Assembly: GCA_008690995.1 (NCBI GenBank)
Contig: VRMN01000011.1
Span: 310,001-374,000 of the forward strand
Length of the DNA stretch: 64,000 nt
Source of the DNA: Porphyridium purpureum
Lineage: Eukaryota
Direction: 5' to 3'
Both the position numbers and the translations under genes were made by a program. Position 1 is the stretch's first letter; every line of letters begins with the position of its first letter. Below are positions 50,868 through 61,981 of this stretch, in pieces. The notes beneath the pieces are model-generated. The model saw only the letters and a list, made by a program, of their open reading frames with translations. It was not told the DNA's origin and ran no database searches.

Positions 50868-50950
50868 TTCCTGGGTGGCACTCGCTCACAGCGGCGTGAA
50901 GATTGGGGCGGCGGGCGGCGAGCGTTTGTTGCGGAAGCGCGAAGAGCAAG

Positions 50951-52516
50951 ATGTTTGTGGAGACGTTTAAAGTGAACTCGAGCAAGTGCCAGTATGGGCC
51001 CGACAGCATCGATAGTCAGTATGAGTACCAGGGGGTCGAAACCGAGGTCGTGAACGGGGAACTCGTGGCAGTGCCGTACAGCAGGACGTGGCACCTGCGC
51101 ACAGACACAAAGGTGCCCAAGCTCGGGCTGATGTTGGTGGGGTGGTGCGGCAACAATGGCTCCACGGTGACCGGCGCCGTTCTGGCGAACCGTGAGGGTA
51201 TCACCTGGCGCACCAAGGATGGCATTCGCCATCCGAATTATTACGGGTCGATTGTGATGTCCTCCACGGTGTGCGTCGGACAGTTTCGGGGCGAGGACGT
51301 ATTTGCTCCCATGCACTCAATGCTGCCAATGGTAAACCCGAATGACTTGGTGATTGACGGCTGGGACATCAATGACGCGAATCTCGCGGAGGGCATGTGC
51401 CGCGCAAGAGTATTTGAGTACGACCTGCAGCGTCAGTTGGAGGGGCACATGGCACACCTCAAGCCGCGTCCATCCGTTTACTACCCAGACTTCATTGCGG
51501 CGAACCAGGAGTCTCGTGCAAACAATGTGCTTCCCGGAAACGATAAGCAGGCGCATCTAGACCAAATTCGAGCCGACATACGTGACTTCAAGGCCAAGAA
51601 CGAGCTGGACAAGGTCATCGTTTTGTGGACGGCAAACACGGAGCGCTACTCGGACATCATTGAAGGTGTGAACGACACGCCCGAGAACCTGCTCCGCGCG
51701 ATCGAGGGAAGCCACCCGGAAGTGTCGCCCTCGACGCTGTTTGCGGTCGCCTCGATCCTGGAGGGCTGCCCTTACATCAACGGGAGCCCCCAAAACACTT
51801 TCGTGCCGGGATGTATGGAGCTTGCTATTCAGAACAACGTGTTCATCGGCGGCGATGACTTCAAGAGCGGGCAGACCAAGTTCAAGAGCGTTCTCGCGGA
51901 CTTTTTGGTGCAGGCGGGTCTGAAGCCGACGGCGATTGTGAGCTACAACCACTTGGGAAACAATGACGGTAAGAATCTGTCGGCTCCGTCCCAATTCAGG
52001 AGCAAGGAAATTTCCAAGAGCACTGTGGTGGACGACATTGTCAAATCAAACCAAATTTTGTTCAAGCCGGGCGAGCATCCGGACCATGTGGTGGTCATCA
52101 AGTACGTGCCTGCCGTCGCAGACTCTAAGCGCGCGATGGACGAGTACACGAGTGAGATTTTCATGGGTGGGACCAACACGATTGTCGCGCACAATACCTG
52201 CGAAGATTCGTTGCTGGCCTCGCCGCTCATCATTGATTTGGCTTTGCTGGGTGAGCTGGCGACGCGCATCACGTACAAGACAGGCACCATGACCGAGTAC
52301 GACTCATTCCACCCAGTGTTATCTCTGTTGAGTTACATGCTCAAGGCGCCGGTGGTGCCGCCGAACGCGCCTGTCGTGAACGCGCTGTACAAGCAAAGAT
52401 ACTGCATTGAAAACTTGCTTCGTGCGTGTCTGAGCCTGCCACCAGAGAACAACATGCGCCTGGAGCACAGACTCAACCCGCGGTCCGAAGAGGCCGCACG
52501 CCAGATCTCCAAGTAG
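50951..52516 (+). CDS. INO1: myo-inositol-1-phosphate synthase
   Basis: [49 protein letters not shown]. Confidence 0.98.
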   Translation: MFVETFKVNSSKCQYGPDSIDSQYEYQGVETEVVNGELVAVPYSRTWHLRTDTKVPKLGLMLVGWCGNNGSTVTGAVLANREGITWRTKDGIRHPNYYGSIVMSSTVCVGQFRGEDVFAPMHSMLPMVNPNDLVIDGWDINDANLAEGMCRARVFEYDLQRQLEGHMAHLKPRPSVYYPDFIAANQESRANNVLPGNDKQAHLDQIRADIRDFKAKNELDKVIVLWTANTERYSDIIEGVNDTPENLLRAIEGSHPEVSPSTLFAVASILEGCPYINGSPQNTFVPGCMELAIQNNVFIGGDDFKSGQTKFKSVLADFLVQAGLKPTAIVSYNHLGNNDGKNLSAPSQFRSKEISKSTVVDDIVKSNQILFKPGEHPDHVVVIKYVPAVADSKRAMDEYTSEIFMGGTNTIVAHNTCEDSLLASPLIIDLALLGELATRITYKTGTMTEYDSFHPVLSLLSYMLKAPVVPPNAPVVNALYKQRYCIENLLRACLSLPPENNMRLEHRLNPRSEEAARQISK

Positions 52517-53278
52517 ACGCCTGCGACAACTCTTTGATAATTTTATTCTGCTTTCTTTCCTTTAACTCGTAGCAAAGGCGGTCTGCTGTTCCGAACGCGT
52601 GCGCCCGACGCTGTGGCTAGTGATAGTGATCAGCTATGATGCTAAAATGCAACTTTCTGACCGATCCTTACTCCTCACTCTCAGAACGAAACCACTTTCC
52701 TGGACACGCTCGCCGCTGCTCGCCAGGTGGCGAGATGAAAATTGCTTCTCGAGCATCGATGACTTGCGTGTCTAGCGCCCGATCCTACGCCATCACAAGC
52801 AGCGTGAGGCTTTCCATTTTGATCGTGCTAATACCCACGCAACCTATCGCATTCCCCCCACCCAAGCAGTGAACATGGCGGCCGCCCCGGCGAACCGAAT
52901 CTGGCGTGCGAGAGGGCTGCTTCAACCCAAAACACCCGTGCCGCAAATTCACATCTTCTGGTAAAATGGTGTGCGTTTACAAGGCCGGGGTAGAAATGGA
53001 GGTGCCAACTGATTTACCCGGAAAGAGGATTCTGGGTGGGGGAGAGACCTGCGAACGCGAGCACGCTGCCGAGGATTTGCGCGACAAGCGATTGAGCATG
53101 ACGTACCGGAGCGAGATCTGTTGCGAGTTGGAGGGAGAGCGATACGAGACGTTCGCGAGAGCGCGTTGAAGAGAGCCGGTGGAGAAGAGCCACGGAGAGA
53201 AAGAGAGAACCAGAAATAGCGAGAGCAACGCGTTAGACCTGAAAGGAAAGGTGGATTCGTGAGCTGGCAAGCGTGCTG

Positions 53279-55096
53279 ATGTCATCTGAACTGCGGGATA
53301 TGGCTACGCCGGCCGAGAACGATGCGTCCAGCCCACCGCAGAATCATCCGATATCACTGCGCTCGGAGTCAACCGAGCACGACTTGCGTCAGCTGGCTTG
53401 CAAGCAGACAGCAAGTATGGCCACGTCTTCCTTAACCCGAATGACCATGTCTGAGATGAAAGAGCTGCAGACGATTTTCAAGTTTCACGACGTTGACGGC
53501 GAAGGGCTCGCGCGCGACTCATTTGTGCAGATGATGAGCACGATTGTTTCTGAAGAAAAGGCTGCTTTCATGGGCTCGTGTTTTGACATGTTCGACTTGG
53601 ACGGCGACGGCCGCGTCGTCATGACCGAGTTTTTGTGCGGCTTTTCAGTCATGTATCTCGGCACCGACCACGACAAGCTGCGATACTTGTTTCACATGTT
53701 CGATTATGACTACTCCGGGCATGTGGATAAGAAAGAGTTTCACAATATTATTCTGGTAATGCAGAAGTATTGCAAGATGATCGACATTGACGCGGAGACG
53801 ATGAGCGACGAAGAAGTGGCCGAGGTTGTGGACGACGCGTTTGCAGCGGTCGATTCGGATGATTCGGGCGAAATCGACTTTAAAGAGTTCAAAACATGGG
53901 CGATAGGCTCGCCGGTGGTCAACGAGTGGCTCTCTCAGTTGTCACTTATTTTCAAGAGCGGCCTCACGAGTTATCGTGAAAAGAAGGAGCAGGAACTCAT
54001 GCAGATCGAGCTCCAACGTCTTGGCATTGTTTCTTACGATCCTCTTGACTCGCATGATGAGGTAGACGATGAGGTGGCCCCGGAGTTGCACGAGAATGAC
54101 AGTAGCCGCTTTTTTGTTGCGCAGCTGTCAGAAGGCTCCTTGCAAGATAGCCTGGACATCGCGGGCGCTGGAGTCTCGGAAGTCGAGGATGACAATGCGT
54201 CCTTTCAAGTACTTTCGCGGAAATCAGCGTCCTCGAGTATCCTCAAGCCGCCACCGAAAGCGTGGAAGTCGTTTGCAATATCGTACGATGACCTCGAGCT
54301 CGGTCAACCCATCGGCCAGGGTTCGTTTGCGACCGTGTACGCGGGCGAGTGGCTGCATATGCCGGTTGCGATCAAAGTGCTGCACACGCAGGAAAATTGC
54401 GAGACGCGGCGCGCTGAGCACATCCGCGAGCTTTTGATCACCGAGTGCGAGGTGATGAGCGGATTGAGGCATCCGAATGTGCTGCTCTACATGGGCGTGG
54501 TTTGTGAAGATATCACACGCCCACTGTGCATGGTGAGTGAGTACTTTGTGGGCGGATCATTAAGTTCGTGGCTGCGGAACAACACGTTTGACGAGTCGGT
54601 CTCGCTTCAAATTGCTCTCAAGTGCGCGCGCGGAATGTTGTACCTGCACTCGCGCAAGCCGCCGCTGTTGCATCGCGACCTGAAATCGGACAACATTCTT
54701 GTGGACGAGACGGCAGACAAGGTGGTGATCAGTGATTTCGGGCTCAGCATTGCGCATGACGAGCTAGCTCTGGACGACAAGATTGCCGGAACGGCGCAGA
54801 CCATGGCGCCGGAGGTGATGTCTGGGGACGCGTACACGCCCGCGGCCGACGTCTTTTCGTTTGGCGTGGTGCTGTGGGAGCTGTTTACGCACAAAATGGC
54901 GTGGCAAGACGTGCCTGCCGCCAGCATCATGTACAACATCTTTGACGGCAGGCGCCTGCCCATGGACCCCGCCGAGCTTCCGGAAGCTGCTGGGATCCCG
55001 CAAGCCATCCGCGAGCTCATCACGCGCATGTGGCTGGAGGACCCTTCGAAGCGACCGACGCTTGCCGAAGTTACGAGCCTGCTCACGGCGCTGTGA
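53279..55096 (+). CDS. EF-hand (NCS/calcineurin-B-like) plus tyrosine-kinase-like protein kinase
   Basis: EF loops DLDGDGRVVMTE, DYDYSGHVDKKE, DSDDSGEIDFKE; kinase GQGSFATV, VAIK, HRDLKSDN, DFG, MAPE, DVFSFGVVLWEL. Confidence 0.92.
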   Translation: MSSELRDMATPAENDASSPPQNHPISLRSESTEHDLRQLACKQTASMATSSLTRMTMSEMKELQTIFKFHDVDGEGLARDSFVQMMSTIVSEEKAAFMGSCFDMFDLDGDGRVVMTEFLCGFSVMYLGTDHDKLRYLFHMFDYDYSGHVDKKEFHNIILVMQKYCKMIDIDAETMSDEEVAEVVDDAFAAVDSDDSGEIDFKEFKTWAIGSPVVNEWLSQLSLIFKSGLTSYREKKEQELMQIELQRLGIVSYDPLDSHDEVDDEVAPELHENDSSRFFVAQLSEGSLQDSLDIAGAGVSEVEDDNASFQVLSRKSASSSILKPPPKAWKSFAISYDDLELGQPIGQGSFATVYAGEWLHMPVAIKVLHTQENCETRRAEHIRELLITECEVMSGLRHPNVLLYMGVVCEDITRPLCMVSEYFVGGSLSSWLRNNTFDESVSLQIALKCARGMLYLHSRKPPLLHRDLKSDNILVDETADKVVISDFGLSIAHDELALDDKIAGTAQTMAPEVMSGDAYTPAADVFSFGVVLWELFTHKMAWQDVPAASIMYNIFDGRRLPMDPAELPEAAGIPQAIRELITRMWLEDPSKRPTLAEVTSLLTAL

Positions 55097-55151
55097 CGCA
55101 CACGCGCACGCTGGACTCTCGATCACCCACACCTCCCTCCGCATCACTCCG

Positions 55152-55197
55152 ACCACCACCACGACCACCACCACCACCACCACCACCACCACCACCA
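55152..55197. repeat. (ACC)n microsatellite
   Basis: About 15 ACC units with one interruption. Confidence 0.9.
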
Positions 55198-55414
55198 GAA
55201 ACCCTAATTATTCCCAATTCTGACTGAACGCGACGTGTCTAATGAAATAGACGATTTTTAGTAGAAGCCACAGAACCCCTGCCGCTGTGTGTTTGAAGCG
55301 CGCCGCTTGTGGACCACGGGAGGACGCGCGGTGGAGAAATACGGGAGAGGTGGCTCGGGGTTGGCGAGCGCGTGGAGACATACGCAGGGAGAAGGAAGAG
55401 GTTGGTCCGGTACA

Positions 55415-56086
55415 ATGGCGTTTGTCGGAGCGGGCGGAGTGGTGGCTGCCGGGCAGTTTACTGGAGCACGCAGCAGGCATGCGTGCGTGACTGAGCGGAC
55501 GCAGCTCGCCCGCGGGCAGGTGCGAGCAGGGCGTGCCGCGGGAGTGCGCATGCAGGCCGTCGGGCCAGACTCGCCGGCGGCCGCCGCGCAGGCGAGCGGG
55601 GTCGGCACAACCGAGAAGCTGCCCTTGACGTGGGAGAATGTGGAGCTTGTGCTCGACGAAATGCGGCCCTACCTCAAGTCGGACGGCGGGGACGTGAAGA
55701 TTGCGGACATTGACGGCGCGACCGTGCGCCTAGAGCTCGTAGGTGCGTGTGGCACGTGCCCATCTTCCACCATGACAATGAAAATGGGCTTGGAAAGAAG
55801 ATTGCTCGAGAAAATTCCTGAGATTGAGGCCGTGGTGCAGGTCGAGCCCCAGGGGCCCGAGCTGGTGGAGGAGAACGTTGACAAGGTGCTGGCGGAAGTG
55901 CGCCCCTTCTTGAACGTTGCCGGGGGCTCAATTGAGCTGGTCAGCATCAGCGGAATCGACAGCGCTCAGCCCACGCTGCGTCTCAACATGACTGGCACGG
56001 GCGCGGCGATCAACTCGGTCAAGGTCGAAATCACGCAGCGCCTCAGGCGCAACTTTCCCAAATTATCACAGGTCGTGTTCAACTAG
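55415..56086 (+). CDS. Plastid NFU-type Fe-S cluster carrier
   Basis: MAFV transit peptide; RPYLKSDGGD, GACGTCPSS; second degenerate NFU domain. Confidence 0.93.
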   Translation: MAFVGAGGVVAAGQFTGARSRHACVTERTQLARGQVRAGRAAGVRMQAVGPDSPAAAAQASGVGTTEKLPLTWENVELVLDEMRPYLKSDGGDVKIADIDGATVRLELVGACGTCPSSTMTMKMGLERRLLEKIPEIEAVVQVEPQGPELVEENVDKVLAEVRPFLNVAGGSIELVSISGIDSAQPTLRLNMTGTGAAINSVKVEITQRLRRNFPKLSQVVFN

Positions 56087-57310
56087 CTAGACGAGTGGGA
56101 GCGTTTGGTCGTGAGCGGACGACGGAGACCCCTTCTTCCTGCACACAAAGTGCGCGCAGTTATACATATCCTGTAGCATCGAATTCGGGTCAGCGGCATA
56201 CGGCGCCTGCACGAACGAAACGGGTTCGACAACGTCGAATCCAACTCGGTCAATCACCACCATGAGCTCTTCGAGGGTCAGTTCAATGCTGCGAATGTGC
56301 AGGCTGTCTGCGTAATGGTACAAAAGCGGGCCAATGTTGATCCAGCTTCCGCCTTCCACCAATAAAGCGTAGATGGTTTCGATGTATTCGATGACGTTCT
56401 GGGCTGTGTCAAGAAAGAAAGAGGTGACAACCGCATGCCACGCATTCCTACTCGATTCATCCCGGTACGATTCAACAAAGTCTCCAGCACACATGGAAAA
56501 CTCGCCGCCATCCGTTGCTTGCGCGAGTTCACGCGGGTCGACATCCGGTACGCTGCAACACAGTCGCTGATCCGCAGCGCTCCTAATGTTGTTGCTGCTC
56601 ATGATGAACGGAAAAATGACATGCCGTAGCAACACACCTTCGCTGGAATAGGTCTGATTGAGTAGGAAGTTGGAGATCATCAGATGCAGGGCGTTATTCT
56701 CGTTTCCTTGCACACTCATTCCGTGCCGGCGGATCTCCAGAGGCAATCGACCAAGACCACATCCCGGGCACAGCACGCGATACTCGTGGCGCTGCAGCTT
56801 TTTATCTGAGTTGGTCATGGTCCGAAAGCGCTCAAACTCGCGCTCCAGATCATCGAGCAGCGGCAGAAAAGTACGGTCTCGCTCTTGTGCTCCTTCAACA
56901 GTCCACTCGCGATAGACCTGCTGGAACACGCGTCGCACCCTACTCATATTCGCTTCGCGGCAGTCGTGGCCGTGCCACTGGGGATCATGCTCTGGTTCGC
57001 CCTGCTTGTCCTGTGCCAGGACTAGCGTATCTGGCCCACCGTCACCGCGCTCGTAGCACTTGAGCATCATCGCGAGAAATTGAGCGTTCTGGCTGACGCC
57101 GCGTCGGCATTGACGTAGCCTGTCCAGCACCAGATCACCCACGTATGCTTGTTGCTGCTCAGGCAGCTCGCAAAAGTAGTTGAGCTTGGCGCGCAGCATG
57201 GTATCATAATCGGCCTGGTAGTCACGACAGGCACGCATCATTTCGCCAAGCTGCTTGACCTCGCTGAACGATGATGAGCCCTGGCCTCCTGTCTCTGGGC
57301 AATGTGCCAT
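56087..57310 (-). CDS. CARNMT1: Carnosine N-methyltransferase-like (N2227 family)
   Basis: REWTVEG..ER, VLCPGCGLGRL, QGNE, AGDF, FFLDTAQNVIEY, WINIGPLLYH. Confidence 0.92.
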   Translation of the reverse strand: MAHCPETGGQGSSSFSEVKQLGEMMRACRDYQADYDTMLRAKLNYFCELPEQQQAYVGDLVLDRLRQCRRGVSQNAQFLAMMLKCYERGDGGPDTLVLAQDKQGEPEHDPQWHGHDCREANMSRVRRVFQQVYREWTVEGAQERDRTFLPLLDDLEREFERFRTMTNSDKKLQRHEYRVLCPGCGLGRLPLEIRRHGMSVQGNENNALHLMISNFLLNQTYSSEGVLLRHVIFPFIMSSNNIRSAADQRLCCSVPDVDPRELAQATDGGEFSMCAGDFVESYRDESSRNAWHAVVTSFFLDTAQNVIEYIETIYALLVEGGSWINIGPLLYHYADSLHIRSIELTLEELMVVIDRVGFDVVEPVSFVQAPYAADPNSMLQDMYNCAHFVCRKKGSPSSAHDQTLPLV

Positions 57311-57495
57311 GCCTTTCGCCGTCGCCACACGAGCCACTGACCACAACGCCGCGAAACGGCAGGCTTAAGGACGATTGTCGAGTCTCCTAACCTTTCCCAA
57401 TGGACGCCGAAATGTCAAGCTGCAATGTGGCACTTGATGCAGCACTGGACGTCGCATGTCCGAGGGCTGGTAGTGTCGAGATGATGAGTCCTTTA

Positions 57496-57987
57496 CTAGT
57501 CAAGTTTGGGGTGCCTGGCCGCGAACACTCGAGCGACAAACAGACAAGGAATCAGAATGTAAGGAAAGTACAGGGCGATCCACAACATGGGTCTTGGCGG
57601 AACCACGACAAATGCACTGGTGGGTGAGGCAGTGTCAAAAAAGTTATGAGCAATAATCTGCGTGTAGCTCTGCAGAATAATGGTTGTGACGACCACGGCC
57701 GGTAGCTTCAGCCACTGCGACTTGCTGATCCCACGACGCAGCGCGACACACGCCGCAACACAGAACGCCGGGTACAGCGCGAGCTCCGCTGCGATACACA
57801 CTTTCAGCCACAGCGGCTTGGACGCATAGACAGGGTCGAGGCGCTCCGCGTAGCGCACCATCACGTCACAGATCTGCGGCGGCGGCCATACTCCCAGCGC
57901 CAACCCGCACGGATCGACGAGCACCGCGACCAGGCCAAAGGACGCCCAGAAGATGGCAAAGAACCAATCGATCACTCCGCCTTCCAT
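57496..57987 (-). CDS. EXPERA-domain (TMEM97/EBP-like) 4-TM protein
   Basis: LVD, Y...DP...KP.W...ELALYP, YFPYILIP; C-terminal KLD ER-retrieval-like end. Confidence 0.8.
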   Translation of the reverse strand: MEGGVIDWFFAIFWASFGLVAVLVDPCGLALGVWPPPQICDVMVRYAERLDPVYASKPLWLKVCIAAELALYPAFCVAACVALRRGISKSQWLKLPAVVVTTIILQSYTQIIAHNFFDTASPTSAFVVVPPRPMLWIALYFPYILIPCLFVARVFAARHPKLD

Positions 57988-58278
57988 AGTGCGCGCTGAC
58001 CCATGCCCACAACCCCACGGCACCACAGCTCGCCACACGCCCCTCCATTCCAACAGCACCCACAGAACCCCCGCCCCATTGAGGTTCTGTGCGGAAGTGT
58101 ACCTCTGTGCATTTTGAAACGCGGGTGCTGTTTTCTGGGTTCTGGTGCTGCGCGCGGCGAGCAGGGGCAGAGAGAGGAGATAAGCGAGAGGGAGAGAGCG
58201 ATAGCAAGAGCCAGCGGATGAGTCGGGAGTCGGCGTAGAGCAGGAGGAAAGAGTGCGGAGGCTGGACGACAATTGGCA

Positions 58279-59973
58279 ATGGCAGAGTCATCCCTGCTGC
58301 AGGCGTACGGCCTGCAGCGGAATCCGTTCACAGACCGCACGGCGGAGCGCACCAATTTGGACGTCAAGATGCTGTACATGCACAGCGATCTGCAAGGCTT
58401 CGTGCCCTCCAAGACAACGTACCTGTTCTTTGGAAAGCGTGGGTCGGGGAAGACCACGATTCGAATGCAGACGCAGTCGGCGTACCTCGATCACAATGCG
58501 CGCGCCGCGGCGTGGCAGAAAAAGAAGGAAGAGCTGCTCGAGCTCCACAAGGCCGCGGCGTCGGGCAAGGGCAAAGGTATCACATCGGCCGCGCTCAAAG
58601 AAAATGGCAACGGCGCCTCTCATTTAATTGATGAGGAAGAGCCAATGGCGGATGGTGCAGATCAGCCAGAGCCCTACTTCATTGTCGACCTTGCCAATCC
58701 AGGCCATCTGACCAGCTGCTTGACCAACTTCATGGCCGCTATTGGAGCACGTGAGGACACGTGGGACGCGGCCTTTTCAAAAGAGTGGACGTCAGTGGAC
58801 CTGCTGGATTGCATTTTGTCCTATGCGGCCACCAAGTTGGTGCGGTACGTGCTCGACAACCCGAGCGCTGTGGCTAGGCTTAAGCAGGAGTCAAACGGGC
58901 GCGCCATTCGTCAACTTTTGTTGCTCGGTTACATGTACGCGCAGGTTGAAGGGACTGCTTTAGAAGCACTCCGTAAGCTGCTTTCATCCTCCCCTTCTCC
59001 CGTGGCGTCCAATGCAACCGTGCGCTGGGTTAAGCGCAATGCACTGGCGTCCATGATGGCGCTGACGGCAGGAGCCATCAAGCTTTCTTCCAAGCTTTTC
59101 CCTGACCAGTTTGAAACCGCATCATTGTACGTACAAAAAGAAGTGTATAAGATTGGGCTCGTGCGCAACCACCCGCGACTGACTGCCGTGGCAGCCTCGT
59201 CCGTGATGATGGGCGCGGGTCTGCTGAGTTCGTTTGGTCGTGCCGAGTTGGTAAGACGCCGCGGGGCAGCATTGTGCAGCTCGATTCGCATTGTGCCGTA
59301 TCGTCCGGAGGTGGCGTCGATAGTAGACCAACTATTTCCGCTCAGTGAGCAGGTCGAAAGCATTCGCATGATGTACATCGGTATCAGTGCGCACCAGAAA
59401 TTGGATTTGCTGTCAAGTCTGGTGACCGTGCTCGGCTTTGCCGAGTCCCCGGCGATTTTTGGTGATTGCTTTGATGAAGTGGTGCTGCTCGATCCGGCCA
59501 TGTACCCGAGCGCCATCAAGGCGTTCGCAAAAGAGGTGTGCAAAAACGATTTGTTGAACGTGGGGCGCCTTCACTTTTTCTTTCCGGACTCACGCATCGC
59601 GTTGGACCTCAACACAGACAAGATTCTGAAAGAGGCGCGCTTCGACAGGCACTTTGTTCGTGACCTCACTTGGTCGCGGCACCAACTGGCAGATCTGGCA
59701 GAAAGGCGCTTCCGCGCGGCGCAGCTGATGGCTGCGAAGAAGTCGGGGAATCCCGAAGCCGCAGTGCCGATGCGTTCGTTCAAGGAATTGTTCGAAAGAG
59801 TGCGTGCAGAAGACTTTTCAAGCAGTCTAAGCAAGATTCAAACCCCGCGGGAGCTGATGATTATGATGACCGAGGTCATCATGCGGATGGAGGCGCATTC
59901 GAACGAAGAATTCACAATTGCGGGCCCTGAGCTGGAAATAGCTGTTCAGCGAGCCTTTGAGTCCAGCGTTTGA
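58279..59973 (+). CDS. Uncharacterised P-loop ATPase
   Basis: NPFTDRTAE, Walker A GKRGSGKT, Walker B IFGDCFDE, LTWS, TPREL. Confidence 0.85.
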   Translation: MAESSLLQAYGLQRNPFTDRTAERTNLDVKMLYMHSDLQGFVPSKTTYLFFGKRGSGKTTIRMQTQSAYLDHNARAAAWQKKKEELLELHKAAASGKGKGITSAALKENGNGASHLIDEEEPMADGADQPEPYFIVDLANPGHLTSCLTNFMAAIGAREDTWDAAFSKEWTSVDLLDCILSYAATKLVRYVLDNPSAVARLKQESNGRAIRQLLLLGYMYAQVEGTALEALRKLLSSSPSPVASNATVRWVKRNALASMMALTAGAIKLSSKLFPDQFETASLYVQKEVYKIGLVRNHPRLTAVAASSVMMGAGLLSSFGRAELVRRRGAALCSSIRIVPYRPEVASIVDQLFPLSEQVESIRMMYIGISAHQKLDLLSSLVTVLGFAESPAIFGDCFDEVVLLDPAMYPSAIKAFAKEVCKNDLLNVGRLHFFFPDSRIALDLNTDKILKEARFDRHFVRDLTWSRHQLADLAERRFRAAQLMAAKKSGNPEAAVPMRSFKELFERVRAEDFSSSLSKIQTPRELMIMMTEVIMRMEAHSNEEFTIAGPELEIAVQRAFESSV

Positions 59974-60270
59974 TAGGTGGGGCCCTAAGTAGTCTTGAGC
60001 GTTTTGGCGTGGTCGAAGAGGATACGCAGCACCACCGCCTGCGCAAGTGCAAGAGTGTGGCTGGTCGTGACGCAGAACTGAAATGGTGAAAAGCGGGTTT
60101 GCGATTTCCGCCTGCGCGTGCGGGATGGGTCCAATATTTACATGAAATCATTTTAGGACGTCAAGGAGGCGCCAGAACTTGCATCAATGAGCCTGGTTCC
60201 CGCCGAGAAGAACAGGCGCAGCAAGCACGTATCACATGCCGGTTCCTTGCTTTCCATCATATTTTAGTCG

Positions 60271-61470
60271 TTATTCCAGCATAGCGTTCGGATCATCTTC
60301 CCTCCTTTTCGAGTGAATTCTACTGAGATCGTGCATGTCCAAGCTTGTCTCCGTCTCCCCGCCTTGATTGGCCACCAACGAAAACCACTGATGCTCCAGC
60401 ACCTCGCTACATGTCGGGCGCCGAGCCGGGTCCAGATCGAGCATGTGTGTGATCAAATTTTTAGCTGCCGAAGACACTCGTTCCCACTGCTTTGGCGGGA
60501 AACGAACGCCCTTCTTCAAACGCTCCCAGTACTCGCTTTCTGTCTTGCCCCAGAAGGGGAACTTTCCACTGAGCATGATGTACAAAACCACACCCGAACT
60601 GAAAATATCCACGGGGAAGCCGTACTTTTGGTGCAAAAATACCTCAGGTGCGTAGTAGTTGGGCGTGCCCACGTACGACACCAGCTGGTCTTTTGTGTTT
60701 GTCACGTCCATCACGTTCGACAGCCCAAAGTCCGTGAGTCGAATTTGCACTGGCCACGAGTTGTCCACGCAAAGAATATTTTCAGGTTTGATATCTCTGT
60801 GCACGACGCCAAGCTGGTGCAAGTACTGTACACCACTCATCAACTGCTTCATAACGTCTGCCGCCTGTGCTTCGGAGAAAAACTTTGCCTCGGCAATCTT
60901 GTCAAACAACTCGCCGCCGCTCATGTATTCCATCACAAACAGGTAGGTGTTGCCCATATCAAAAACGTCGTACGTGCGGACCACATGCGGGTGGCTGACA
61001 CGCGTAAGAATCGCACTCTCGCGCTGGATGTACTTGAGTTCCTTTTGCGATGCGCGCGACTTTTCAATCGACTTGATTGCCACGCGTTCGTTTGTTTGTA
61101 AGTTCCTCCCTTCGAATACTTGTCCATACGCACCGGCGCCTACCTGCTTCCCCAGCTCGTAAAACATCTTGAACGCGGTACCCGTTGCACGCAGCAAGGC
61201 GTTGCTCCAGTTCTCGTAATCAGCATCCGTGAGCGCACAAACGATAATCTTTTTATCCGCGGCCTGAAGCGTAATTTCGCGCAACTTGGGATTCACAATG
61301 ACCTGCGTGCCCCACAGATCGGAGGACCACTTTTCGGTCGTGTTATCCTCCTCCGAAAACTGTGTCAGCACGGTGCCTTTCAAACGAAACAGGCGGCGCC
61401 CCTTGGGCCGGAACAGCCCCACGTCCTTCATCAAAAACCCCTCCAACGCGCCATCCTGACTCAAGCTCAT
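60271..61470 (-). CDS. PH-domain plus CAMK-group Ser/Thr kinase
   Basis: LEGFLMK..RRLFRL..W..AL PH domain; GAGAYG, MEYMSGGELFD, HRDIKPEN, DFG, GTPNYYAPE. Confidence 0.92.
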   Translation of the reverse strand: MSLSQDGALEGFLMKDVGLFRPKGRRLFRLKGTVLTQFSEEDNTTEKWSSDLWGTQVIVNPKLREITLQAADKKIIVCALTDADYENWSNALLRATGTAFKMFYELGKQVGAGAYGQVFEGRNLQTNERVAIKSIEKSRASQKELKYIQRESAILTRVSHPHVVRTYDVFDMGNTYLFVMEYMSGGELFDKIAEAKFFSEAQAADVMKQLMSGVQYLHQLGVVHRDIKPENILCVDNSWPVQIRLTDFGLSNVMDVTNTKDQLVSYVGTPNYYAPEVFLHQKYGFPVDIFSSGVVLYIMLSGKFPFWGKTESEYWERLKKGVRFPPKQWERVSSAAKNLITHMLDLDPARRPTCSEVLEHQWFSLVANQGGETETSLDMHDLSRIHSKRREDDPNAMLE

Positions 61471-61981
61471 GATACGTCACCGTTGCAAAGAGATGCTCTC
61501 CGCGCGAGTGACCGTGGCTATTCTCTCTCCGGCCCTTCTCCCCCCGCGCGCGCGCGCTCTCCTTGCTCTCCTTGCCCTCCGCCACTTTCCCCACGCGCAC
61601 CTTTGCGTTTCTGCGCGCACTCTGTCCACCTCGACACAAGCAGCTCGACCTGCGTCGCGATGCGCGTGCGCGTGCGCGTGCGTTTGCCGCATTCCTTTGT
61701 GATGCGAGAGAACGCCGAAAACGGAGTCGTTTAGAGGACGCGCAATGCGGAAAACGCGGCACGAGCACCATGCGCGTGTGCTAAATCAGGGGCGTTTTAT
61801 CGCACGGGAATGGCGCACTGGTTTGCGGGTTGTCCGCAACACGAAACCCGCCTCTGCGCTTTGTGAGCCCGCATTCGTTTGCCATCCGGTCAAATTGCCG
61901 CGCTTTTGTAAGACTTGAAATGGAGGATTTTAATGTGCGCGGCTCGGAATCCTGCGCAGCAGGCGTGGAATGACCGAGCCG

